NCBI GenBank assembly: GCA_002269645.1
Contig: NIVC01003487.1
Coordinates: 31,332-95,331 of the forward strand
Direction of reading: 5' to 3'
Origin: Macrostomum lignano
Taxonomy: Eukaryota
DNA length: 64,000 nt
In this document: positions 53,801-64,000 of the stretch, in pieces
Position numbering within the stretch: position 1 is the first letter of the stretch
Layout: each line of letters begins with the position of its first letter
Translations under genes and position numbers: made by a program
Notes under the pieces: model-generated
Seen by the model: the letters and a program-made list of their open reading frames with translations, nothing else
Databases searched by the model: none
What the model was told of the DNA's origin: nothing

Positions 53801-56479
53801 CAAGCCTAGTGGTGCCCGGCTTCTTTGGAACAGCGACGATGTGCGCCGTGGTCCATTCGTTGGGCGCCGCCTCACCGAAGAGCACGCGGTTCATCACTCT
53901 GGCGACCTCAGCGGCCACACAGGGGATGCGCAGCGCCTCGATGGGCACCTCGTCCGGACCCAGCGCTTTCCCGCCCGGTGACTGCTGGGCGAGCTTGACA
54001 ACGTCGGCTGCGTTGACTGGGGCTACGCTGAAACTCTCCTCTGCCGGCAGCGGCGTCTCCGGCGGCAGCGTCAGACTGTCTGGCAGCGGGGGTGGCGGCG
54101 CGTTGACGATGGCGGCGAAGAACTCGCGCGTCTTCCGGCGCTCGTCCGGCGTGTCACCAGCCAGGTTCAGCGGATTGCGCCGCTTTCGTCCCGTCAGAGC
54201 GTTGATGGCGGACCAGGCCACGCGCCCTCTGGCATCGGGCCCAGCGGCAGAGACAGCCTGAATGGCGTCATCGACAGCCGCTTGTTGGCGCTGCAGGTAG
54301 ACAGCTGCCAGAGCTGCCTCTGCCTCGCGGGTTGGTCGCCTGCTCAAGCGGAGCTTCTCCAGATCTTCCCTCGCTGCCTGAATCGCGGGTCGTCCTGCCA
54401 GACCGGCTGCCCACGTTGAGCCGGCTGCATCATCGGGACTGCTTGCTCCGCGGCGGTTCTGACTGCAGCGCACACTTCCGCATACTCGGCACTTCCACGC
54501 TTGTCGCCCAGCGCGGTGTTAAAGGCGCTAGCAAAGCGACGCTGCGTATCGGTGGCTCTGAGCGCGCGGTAGTAGCGCCGCGGTGGCCGCTTCGGCGGAC
54601 GGTAGAGCGGATCGCGAAGGTTGAGGTCGCAGATGAGGAGCCGGTGATCGGACCGCAGAGCCAGCGGCGTGATGGTGCGGCAGTTGACGGCGCGACGACG
54701 CTCACGGAAACGCACGAGCACGTGGTCGAGCTGTGCTTGTCTCCGGGTTGCGTTCCTGCCACGCGCGTTCCGCCGCCTCCGCTTGCAGCCCACGAAGGTT
54801 GCGAGACCGCTCAGTGGCTTGCGGAAGCGGGTGTTGGCCGACACCATGTCCTGCCTCTCCAGGAAGTCCTCCAGTGCCTCGGTGTTGTTGTTCCCGCGTG
54901 GCGTCACGAACAGCGACCTCTCGGACCTACGCAGGACTGCGTTCAGGTCTCCGAGGGCGACCGCTGTGTCACGCTGCGCCGTCGCCTCTACCTGCACTGA
55001 GAGCTGCTCGAAAAACTCTTGAGCCTCGTCAGGGCGTGTGGCAGGGGGCGCGTACGCGCAGAACAGGCGAGCATTCCGACCGCGTAGCCGGACGTCGATC
55101 CGAAGCAACCGGGGGACAGGGAGACGCAGCGACAGCTCTGCTGCAGCCTCGGCCCGATCAGCGCTCCAACTCCTCCACGGCCTCGCTGGTCCGCAGAAGT
55201 ATAGTAGAGGGTCCACCCGGCGCCCAAGTCCTCACAATGAAGTCCCGGGTCGGCCTTGATAGACACCTCCTGCAGCGAGATGATGTCGCAGCTCAGGTCG
55301 TACGCCAGCTTCGCCAGCACCCCTCTACGCCAAGCAGCCTTGAGAGTGCGGCAGTTCAGCGTCCCGACCCGAAGCATGCCCTGTGGTACGGCTGGGGCTC
55401 GATGCAGTTGAGCCTCACGGTCCCCGGCGCCACCCGGAGGATCCGAGTGGACCCGCGCGGCAGCTCGACGGGCGGCGCCACGCAGCCGGCCTCGTCGGTT
55501 CCGCTCACGCCGGCGCTCAACACGCCGACGGGCGCTCCGCTGCCCTCGCTTGGTCCTGCCGCATTTGGCCGCCGCAGCAGTTAAGCGCGGCTCTCCGCTC
55601 TGACCACGAGGAGGTAGCGGCATTTATCATGCAATAAATTGAGTCTTCGCAGTAAGAGATGCCCACGCAGTAAGAGATCCCAAGCTACTGCAATGGGCGC
55701 CAAAGCTACTCCAAGGGGGCGCCAAAGCTATTTCTAGGGGGCGCCAAAGCTACTCCAAGGGGGCACCAAAGCTACTTATAGGGGGCGCCAAAGCTACCGC
55801 AAGGGGGTGCATATGTTTTTGCAAAAATGATTAGGGGAGGGGGCCGCGGCCCCCTTGCCCCCCCCCCCCAACCCAACTGCATGCTGACCGAGGGCCGATT
55901 TGCGAGGGCCCAACTTGTATGCTGCCACATTTCAGAAGCAGGTCACGAGCTCCGGGCGTACAGCAAGAGCAGCCGCAGTGGCGCCAGTTCCCCTCGGTGT
56001 GGCTCTGGGCTGGCATCCACTTGACCGGCCAGAGCGAGGCCGTCTTCCCGGACAGCCTGACCGGCCCGGCTTACGCCCGCCTGCTGGAGGCGGTGGTGGC
56101 GCCCTACTGCCAGCGCCACCTGCCTGAGAGCTGCCAGCTCATGGACGACAACGCGCCGCACCATCGGACGGTGCTGGTCACCGAGGCCAAGCGGCGGCTC
56201 GAACTCGCGACCGTCCAAGACTGGCCGGCCCGGTCGCCCGACCTGAACCCGATTGAGAACGCTTGGGCGCTGCTCAAAAGCCGAGTGCGGCAAAGGCGGG
56301 ACGAACTACGGCTGGGGCAGGGCGACCGCCCCGGTGAGGATTCGGCAAGGCTCAAACAAATCATCAAAGAGGAGTGGCGGCGAATGGGTGGGGAAGGCGT
56401 GGCGGCGAGACTGGTGGGGAGCATGCCGAGGCGATGCCAAATGGTTGTGGACAACAACGGAGGTCGAATTAAGTATTGA
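50894..56479 (+). CDS. Intron-containing Tc1/IS630-type transposase-derived gene (DD35E); exons ~50894/50906-51216, 51632-51805, 55936-56479; start unresolved
   Basis: HTH_Tc3-like SRHTVRRRLISAGFRSR...RLKWARLRLHW, then ILFTDETCF (D1), SVWLWAGI, MDDNAPHH (D2), WPARSPDLNPIENAW (E; 35 residues after D2). Both introns are GT-AG, phase 2, and the frame is preserved. Confidence 0.85.
51205..51620. repeat. 42-bp tandem array spanning the exon/intron boundary (about 10 copies of cag|gtgaga)
   Basis: Unit caggtgagactctgagctggtcagctctgattgcactgagca; contains the hairpin gagctg-gt-cagctc. Confidence 0.93.
51880..52468. repeat. 21-bp satellite (gcgccaaagctactgcaatgg), continuing at 55680-55805 on the far side of the LINE
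   Basis: The same unit lies on both sides of the LINE insertion. Confidence 0.93.
52515..55623 (-). pseudogene. RTE EN-RT ORF with two 1-nt frameshifts in C-runs (~55112 and ~54388); likely start MLRVGTLN at 55377
   Basis: Adding one C at each run gives VSLSPRLLRIDV and QDDPAIQAARED, and one open frame of ~1036 codons from 55623. Confidence 0.85.
55557..55622 (-). ncRNA. HDV-like ribozyme core (P2, P3/L3, P1 3' strand, P1.1, P4, J4/2); P1 5' strand absent
   Basis: Minus strand: TGCCGCT-ACC-TCCTCGT-GGT-CAGAGC-GG-AGA-GCCGCG..TGCGGC-GGCCAA-A(T)GCGGCA. Manual fold only. Confidence 0.55.
55628..55659 (-). other. Spliced-leader-like sequence TCTCTTACTGCGAAGACTCAATTTATTGCATG at the LINE 5' end
   Basis: Matches the Macrostomum lignano SL as I recall it (not database-verified); ends in ATG, as flatworm SLs do. 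Confidence 0.75.
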
Positions 56480-56920
56480 CTGGGGATCACCATGGGATCT
56501 GGGATCAGCATGAGATCTGGGATCTGGGATCAGCACGAGATCTGGGATCTGGGATCAGCACGAGAGCTGGGATCTGAGATTTGGCATCAGCATGGGATCT
56601 GGGATCATAATGGGATCTGGGATCAGCATGGGATTTGGGATCTGGGATCAGCATGGGATTTGGGATCAGCTTGGAATCTGGGATCTGTATGGGATGGGAT
56701 CAGCATGAGATCTAGGATCTGGGATCAGCATGGTATATGGGATCAGCATGGGATCCGGGATCTGGGATCAGCATGGGATCCAGGATCTGGGATCAGCATG
56801 GGATCCAGGATCTGGGATCAGCATGAGACCCAGGATCTGGGATCAGCATGGTATATGGGATCAGCATGGGATCCGGGATCTGGGATCAGCATGGGATTTG
56901 GGATCTGGGATCAGCATGAG
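56480..56920. repeat. gatctgggatcagcatgg-type minisatellite starting right after the Tc1-gene stop
   Basis: Direct, with variable unit length. Confidence 0.9.
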
Positions 56921-57064
56921 TATATTCTACGGGAATATACGGTATAAGCGTGTTTATTTTGTATTTGCGACTCTGCAAAGTTTTTGGATTTTACCCAGCT
57001 GCACATGTATTCATTTTTTATTTAAAATGTCTTAAATTGCTATCCGAATAGAAAATTAGACAGC

Positions 57065-57375
57065 AATTTAACTTTCCGAGATACTTGTTTGTCCAAAGAC
57101 GCAAATTTAACTTTCCGAGATACTTGTTTGTCCAAAGACGCAAATTTAACTTTCCGAGATACTTGTTTGTCCAAAGACGCAAATTTAACTTTCCGAGATA
57201 CTTGTTTGTCCAAAGACGCAAATTTAACTTTCCGAGATACTTGTTTGTCCAAAGACGCAAATTTAACTTTCCGAGATACTTGTTTGTCCAAAGACGCAAA
57301 TTTAACTTTCCGAGATACTTGTTTGTCCAAAGACGCAAATTTAACTTTCCGAGATACTTGTTTGTCCAAAGACGC
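57065..57375. repeat. 39-bp near-perfect tandem repeat, ~8 copies
   Basis: 13-aa periodic translation NLRLWTNKYLGKL. Confidence 0.96.
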
Positions 57376-57559
57376 ACAATTTTTACTTTTTCATATTTTA
57401 TTCATCATAATCCAATTTTAGCATGCTGATGGTACAAAAACGTGTTATAGTATTATTTTTATTGTTAATTTTTTATTTGAAAAAATAAAAACGCGAATCA
57501 CGCTACTGAATTTGTCGAACCAAGTAGTGTGCAATGCGAAATTATTTAATATTAGAATT

Positions 57560-58135
57560 TTACTGGGCAAAATACTTGGCCGCAGCCGCGTCCATTACAC
57601 TGGCCAAGCGGACGTCCCGACTGGATATGCCGCCGCAGGAGTGCGTGGTCAGGGTGACGTCAACTCGGTTGTAGACGTTGAACCACTCGGGGTGGTGGTC
57701 AAGCTTCTCAGCGTTTAGAGCCGAGTGGGTCATGAAGGAAAATGCCTGCAATTGGGAGAAAATATCAGCTGATTTCATCAAGTCAAATCTCACCCAGAAT
57801 TATATTCAGCTAGAAAGAGTCCCCATACCTGCTGAAAATCCTTGAACTTGTAACTTTTGGAGATGGCATCCCGGCCATCAACCAGTTTCCAGTTGCACTG
57901 CAGCAGTGGGTTCAGCAGCTCCTGCCTCTGCTCTGGGCTCAGCGTGGAAGGGCCCTATGGTTGAAGATAATATAACATAAAAAGCTAGACACTAAATAAA
58001 AAGCAAACATACTAACAAATATACCCTCTTAGATTTTGTTGGTGAAGAAGCATCCATGCTAAATAGTCTGTATCCAATACACTGCCACAGTCTGCAAGGA
58101 AGTACAAGGCCACAGCTTGCATACAAATGTTGCAT
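57560..58135 (-). CDS. PCBD: Pterin-4-alpha-carbinolamine dehydratase (PCBD/DCoH), ~140 aa; exons 58135-58025, 57954-57829, 57745-57560
   Basis: [10 protein letters not shown]...[21 protein letters not shown]|AFSFMT...[24 protein letters not shown]; all introns are phase-0 GT-AG. Confidence 0.95.
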
Positions 58136-58828
58136 TAAGATAGTTTTTCACTAGTAAATGGCATGCATGAGAGTGATGAAACAATGTAATTAAATTTAAA
58201 GATAGAGTCATATTTAGGACTGTCTTAATGAAATATAAAAAAAAACTGAAAATAGCCTAAATTTTTACAAGAAACAAATATTTCTTGAAAAGAACTAGTT
58301 TTTTGCCACTTGATTAGTCTTGTTTTTGTTATTTTATTAGCCCTATTTATTTCCTAAATGACTTAAAGGTAAAGACATGACTATAAATGTAATTTAAAAA
58401 TAAAAATAACTTAGGTTATCAATCTAATTATGTTATCATTTAGAGGAAAATTATATTAAAAATATTGCAAAAGTACTGCAATGATGGCTTTACTATGGAG
58501 TACGGAGAAAATATAGGGACTAGTTAAAAATTCATGAAAAAAGGAATTAAGGTACAAATAATATTAATAATAAGCAAACAAATACAATGACAAAGTCTAG
58601 CATGGTTTTAGTTTTTGTTTACTGTCCTTTTTATGCTTTTTTGAGAATTTGAAGTTTACTGAAAAATCCTTGGACAGTGGGAAAATTTAACGCCATTCCA
58701 ATTGGTTTAAAAAACTTCAAGTTCTACTGGTAATCTGGTGCTGTTTTTTGAATCTAAGACGAACTGACAAGATAACAGACGAAACGAGTGCCCCCCGGCG
58801 ACAGCAGGACCCCTCAGCCAAGAAAAAA

Positions 58829-61800
58829 ATGGGAAACAACGGTAAAATCAGAAGTTCTAGCTGTTCTTTCACGAGTATAGTATAAAAATTGAAATCAATA
58901 CATTCATCTACATGTGTGCAACGTGCATGCATCGGTACCTTTGTTTTAAACGTTCTTGGAAAACATGGTTTTAAAATTTGTGTGTTTGTTAAAGATTTCG
59001 TGGCCGTCAAGTTATAACGCAGATTTTTATGTTATTAATAACAATCATTTTTATCAATCAAAAGTACGAACACAAAACGAGATAAACGTACTTGTTTTTT
59101 AGAAACTTTACATTTGCATAGCATTTAGGCACTTTTGAGTTTTGTTGATTTTGTATCCAAGTCATTCAAATGATTTGCAAGAACTTTTTTTTAAGCATTT
59201 CTCTAGTCAGTAAAGAGTAGTACATTTAATTAGATTTTATTTTTCGTTTGTTCATAAACTGCTACGTGTTAGGCATACCAGTTTCTTAAAACAGAAAATA
59301 AGAAGCCTTTAGAGGCGGAGCCACAACCAATGTCTACTTGCGCACGCTTTGAAGTGGAAGTACAAGCAGCTGACGCTAGTTCTGCTTACACGGCCGTCGG
59401 ATTAATTATCGGTCTCATCATCGGCTTCCTCCTGACTTTTATTTTACTATGGATCTGCTGTTTTCATATGAAGGTACGCTTTATGATCCTTTAATAGCTA
59501 CTAGAAATTTGAAGCATAAAGATATATGAAGCTGTCATTGTCAGTTGTCACTTTGCCCTGTGGCGAGTTGCAAGCTTTATTTAATAAAAGGCTTAATTTG
59601 TTAAGCATGATTTAAATTTAATTTTCTAAAATCTGTAATGTCAAAACTTAATTTTTAATGTATAACTTGATAAAATTTTGAAGTTTAAAGTTACAAAAAT
59701 ACTCCTGCGAAAGTTATTCGAAATGTAATCTTTAATTTTAGAAGGCTTGAATATTCTTGTGTACCATTAAAGCTTTAATTTGGTATTTATTAATCCAATA
59801 TTTGCTCTACTCTCACCCAGTTTCGCAGTCGCTCCTACAACACATGCTTCTTGGCCAAGCTCTATTCGGCTGGCGCAGAGCGCTCCTGCGGCGCTGTGAG
59901 TCATTTGACCTGCAGTTATGCGAAATCCTTTGTTTATCAATAGCAAATAAAGAACTATACGAGCATAAATTCTTGTTTGCAGAAATTCAACGATAAGATG
60001 ACCTGCTTGGATAGAAGAAACCTGGGAAGAGTGGAAGAAGCCGATCCGGTAAGAACTTTATTATGACAGCGCACAATTGCATAAGTTATTTGGTAAAACT
60101 ATCGGAAAAGAGACCAGCTAGAGCATTTTACAAAAGTACATGTAATTGCAATAGAAAAAAATGAACAGCAGATTTAACTTCCGTTGCTTCCTGCACGCGT
60201 TAAATGTAAAGACACGAACTGATTTTAAAACTGAACTTTTTCAGTTTAAAACTGAACGCTGAGAAGGCCAAGGGTGGCCTGCAGCAAATGCGGCTCCAAT
60301 ACGCCGTCTCTTGGAGGGAGGGAGGGCGCCCCTGTCTCTTGGAGGGCGCCCCTGTCTATTGGAGGGCGCCCCATGTCTCTTGGAGAGCGCCCCTGTCACT
60401 TGGAGAGCGCCCCTGTCTCTCGGAGGGCGCCCCTGTCTCTCGCGCCCCCTGTATCTTAGCGGGTGCCCCCTGTATCTTAGCGGGCGCCCCCTGTATCTTA
60501 GCGGGCGCCCCCTGTATCTTAGCGGGCGCCCGTCTTTTTTGTGGTCGCTCTAGTCTCTGGGTAGGCGCGCCCTAATTGTGCCCATACCGTGTCTCCTACA
60601 TGTAGGTCGGTGGATGCCACATCCAAGAGATAGCAAAATTGAGCTCCTGTCATTCGTTAACTTTTGTGGAGCAGCATATTTGTGGGGGCAATTATGCCCC
60701 CTCCCCTTCAGCTTACAACCCTGAGCTGCAAAAATCCAGTTGAGCATTCTGAACGGTTTTGAATAATGTTACAATTTAAGCAGTCCGTGTGTCGACAAGC
60801 TGTTAACAATTTATTTTAGAAAAATAGCATATTGTTTATTAAAATACAAACTGGCAGAATATTGTAAATCAGCCGTCCAAACTCGGAAGATAAGATAACG
60901 GTGCAGTCTCGCCAATTGGCATGATAGGTCAATGCCAAATTGGCGCTGCAAGGGGCATTTGTTGAAAGCCTTCCACACACAATACTTTAAAGCACATTAA
61001 AGTGCCTAAAATAGTTTAATAAGAGACATAAGAATAAGAATGTTAGAAGTCCTACTTATAAAATATAAAGGTATTTTAACAGTGATTTGAATTTGTTATA
61101 ATAGTGTTCCTTTTTGGCACCGATTTGATTACCATTCAGTTTAATAAATGACTAAAGCGGTGGAGTATTTTTGTTCAGTTTTGGCTCAGCTGACAGTCTC
61201 AGAAATCGCTAAACTTGAGTCGGCTTGAAATGTCTAAGGCAGGGGCCGGCAAAATTTTTACATCCAGGGCCAGATAAACAATCCAGCCCATGACTGCGGG
61301 CCTGCTAAGAGTGGAAAAGAGAGGGGATGGGGAGAGAGAAAAACGAGGAGATGAGAGATGGCAGAAGAGAGGAGAGGTGAGTGTCGAGATGAGAGCCTAT
61401 GAGAGAAGAAATGAGTGAGAAGAAAGGAGATAAGATGAGAGGAGAGAGAAGGGGAGAGGAGAAGGAGAAAAGAGAGAAGAGGAGAGAGAAGATAGGACAG
61501 TAGATGATAGGAGATGAGAGGAGAGCAGGAGAGGAGAGAGGAGATGAGAGTAGATATGAGAGGAGAGAGGAGATGAGAGGAGATAGAAAATAAGAGGAGA
61601 TATGAGAGGAGAGAGGAGATAAGAGGAGATAGAAAATAAGAGGAGATAGGAGAGGAGAGAGGAGATGAGAAGAGATAGGAGAGGAGAGAGGAGATGAGAG
61701 GAGATAGAAAATAAGAGGAGATATGAGAGGAGAGAGGAGATAAGAGGAGATAGAAAATAAGAGGAGATAGGAGAGGAGAGAGGAGATGAGAAGAGATAGG

Positions 61801-63407
61801 AGAGGAGAGAGGAGATGAGAGGGGATGGAAAATGAGAGGAGATAGGAGAGGAGAGAGGAGAGAGGAGATGAGAGGAGATAGGAGAGGAGAGGAGAGAGGA
61901 GAGAGGAGATGAGAGGAGATAGGAGAGGAGAGGAGAGAGGAGAGAGGAGATGAGAGGAGAGGAGATCAGGAGAGGAGATATCTAAGAAGAGACAATCCTT
62001 GAGCGGGCCGGATCGCCAGTCTAAAGGGTCCAAGGACCCGATTGCCGGATAGAGAGACTTTGCGGGCCGGAGTTTGCCCACCCCTGGTCTAAGGAATTCG
62101 AGAATTTGTGCCGCCACCCGATTCAGAGCCTCCGCCGGCGTCGGCAACATCCGGCAGTTCCCTGCGAATGCGCTCCATGCGGAACAGCCAATCGGAGGCT
62201 CGCAACAGCCGGAGGTCGCTGGTTCCCCCGACGGCGGAAGTCGGATCTGGCAAGGCGGGGGAGGACGGCGTCCTGGGCCGGCTGTGGCTGCTGCAGGCTG
62301 ATGGTCAACAGGCGGCCGAGCGGCTGGCGATGATTGACGCGATTGCGCAGGTTACAGAGTGAGTCCGGGATGGGCTGGTGCTGGGCAGTGAAGCAGAATC
62401 CACATGGTTGGCGTACGGAATGCTGCAGGCTTCAGAATATCACGGAGAATTCAACAGTCTGTGTCCAACACAACTGTAATATCAGGGTGTCCGCCATGAG
62501 ATACTCAAGGTTTCCAGCATCACATTGTGGGGCCAGCGATTTGACCGGGTGTTCAATGTTAGATTTGGGTGTCCATTATAGTACATGCATGTATTTGAGT
62601 TTCAATTCAAAAGAATTGGGGTGTCAGGTATAAGATTGGGGTGTCCGGTTTAAGATGGGGTGTCCGCTATAAGATTGGGGTGTCCGGTTTAAGATTGGGG
62701 TGTCCGGTATAAGATTGGGGTGTCCGGTACAAGATTGGAGTGTCCGGTATAAGATTGGGGTGTCCGGTATTAGATTGGGGTGTCCGGTATTAGTTGGGGT
62801 GTCCGGTATAAGATTGGGGTGTCCGTATAAGATTGGGGTGTCCGGTATTAGGTTGGGGTGTCCGGTATTAGGTTGGGGTGTCCGGTATTAGGTTGGGGTG
62901 TCCGGTATTAGGTTGGGGCCCAGCCAAGCCAGTTTGGCACCGCAACACCACACCGCAGGCAGGAGGGGGAGCAGGAGCTGCTGCAGCAGGACTGGGCCGC
63001 CACGGCCCGCCAAGAACGGGACCTCTGGCGCGCCCGCTTGCTGGCTTGTGGCAGCTGACCGGGTCGCTGCTGAACGCCTGCAAGCCGACGGTGACATCGA
63101 CGAGGACACTCGGCGGAGGCTGCTGGCCGAGCACACGGACCAGATGGCCGGCGCCCAGGCCAGGGTTGAGGAGGAGCTCGCCGCGGCCCGGGAGGAGCGC
63201 AAGAAGCGTCAACTGTCTCGGAGCTCGTCGACCGATGCCACGGTGGTTGCGGCGGAGGAGGCAGAGGCGGCGTCGGAGGAGGAGGCGAAGCGGTCCGCCC
63301 GGCTGGACTCAGCGGCGCAGCTGGAGATGGCGCGGCTTCGGCGCCGGCTGTCTGGCCTGCCGAAGCTCGGCGCCGAGAAAGCGGACGCTCTGATGGCCGG
63401 CCTGAAG
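58829..63407 (+). CDS. Putative single-pass TM protein with downstream coiled-coil exons; exons 58829-58841, 59295-59473, 59983-60048, then tentatively ~62130-62351 and ~62920-63407; runs off the window
   Basis: The first three exons splice in frame (MGNNENKK...VGLIIGLIIGFLLTFILLWICCF...). Later GC-rich E/A/R-rich ORFs end at GT donors, but their linkage and phase are unresolved and one frameshift is apparent near 63040. Confidence 0.45.
60305..60535. repeat. 20/21-bp minisatellites (agggcgcccctgtctcttgg; gcgggcgccccctgtatctta)
   Basis: Direct. Confidence 0.85.
61240..62086 (+). mobile_element. 847-bp hAT-type MITE with an internal GA microsatellite
   Basis: Imperfect TIRs CAGGGGCCGGCAAA / TTTGCCCACCCCTG; 8-bp TSD GTCTAAGG (61232-61239 and 62087-62094). 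Confidence 0.88.
62625..62915. repeat. 20-bp minisatellite (gtccggtataagattggggt)
   Basis: Period of 20. Confidence 0.92.
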
Positions 63408-63529
63408 GTGAGGAGCTGGAAGGGCGATGCTTTGATGACGTTTCAAATGTCTGAACACTTCTCTGGTGGCCATGACTTACAGGCTGGAACTTATAGCTGT
63501 ACAGGCTATTGGCTGGAGGTTGACTGCCC

Positions 63530-64000
63530 CGAGATTGCAGTTACAGGCTACAGGTTATAGGTTACAGGCTGCAGGTTATAGGTTGCAGCCTACAGGTTAT
63601 AGGTTACAGGCTGCAGGTTATAGGTTGCAGCCTACAGGTTATAGGTTATCTCGTAGGCTACAGGTTATAGGCCACAGCCTACAGACTAGAGGTTACAGAT
63701 GCAGGGCTACAGACTATGGGTTACATGCTACAGACTATAGGTTACAGGCTACAGACTATAGGTTACATGCTACAGACTATAGGTTACAGGCTACAGACTA
63801 TAGGTTACAGGCTACAGACTGTGGGTTTACAGGTTACAGACTATAGGTTACAGGCTACAGACTATGGGTTACAGGTTACAGACTATAGTTACAGGCTACA
63901 GACTATGGGTTACAGGCTACAGACTATAGGTTACAGGCTACAGACTATGGGTTACAGGCTACAGACTACAGGTTACATGCTACAGACTATAGGTTACAGG
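63530..64000. repeat. ~21-bp minisatellite (ggttacaggctacagactata)
   Basis: Direct; runs to the window end. Confidence 0.9.

Larger units (their letters stand above)
52469..55678 (-). mobile_element. Near full-length RTE-type non-LTR retrotransposon (APE endonuclease + RT, single ORF) with an SL-like 5' end and (TTG)n 3' tail
   Basis: EN: LRVGTLNCRTL, ISLQEV, AYAPP, LGDLNA, QLDHVLV, SDHRLL. RT: DHRGICL, QNGFR, FIDFKKAFDSV, GVLQGDTLAP, YADD, FVYLG. Short 3'UTR and tail at 52469-52514. Confidence 0.93.

Noticed and set aside
55628-55659. A genuine SL RNA gene
   Set aside because: The leader is followed by LINE sequence, not by a GT donor and Sm-site intron portion.

Overview
Eukaryotic (animal) genomic DNA, most likely from a Macrostomum-like flatworm. 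This assignment is inferred from a 32-nt match to the M. lignano spliced-leader (SL) sequence as I recall it, and from GC-rich exons separated by introns filled with minisatellites. Roughly a third of the window (my estimate) is tandem repeat, so most long ORFs in the supplied track are repeat artefacts. Genes reconstructed by hand from splice sites and frame: a GT32/DXD glycosyltransferase (3' part); a 7-exon RASSF1/5-like gene (RA+SARAH); a 2-exon secreted orphan; a 2-exon two-TM orphan; a GT31 beta-1,3-galactosyltransferase-like gene; a boule/DAZ-like RRM gene; a 3-exon Tc1-type (DD35E) transposase-derived gene; PCBD; and a poorly resolved TM/coiled-coil gene. Mobile elements: an intact 6.36-kb hAT transposon (14-bp TIRs, 8-bp TSD) whose two ORFs splice in frame into one ~1313-aa protein (signal-peptide-like N-terminus, LTD-like domain, ZNF862-type hAT transposase); a cognate 297-bp MITE; a frameshifted DD34D mariner; a second hAT-type MITE family carrying GA microsatellites; a LINE RNase H relic; and a near-intact RTE-type LINE. 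Top candidates for a new system: (1) the RTE LINE, whose 5' end carries the spliced leader fused directly to an HDV-like ribozyme core lacking its P1 5' strand; (2) the hAT with an LTD-like, possibly secreted, N-terminal fusion controlled by one intron; (3) the intron-containing, TIR-less Tc1 transposase gene.
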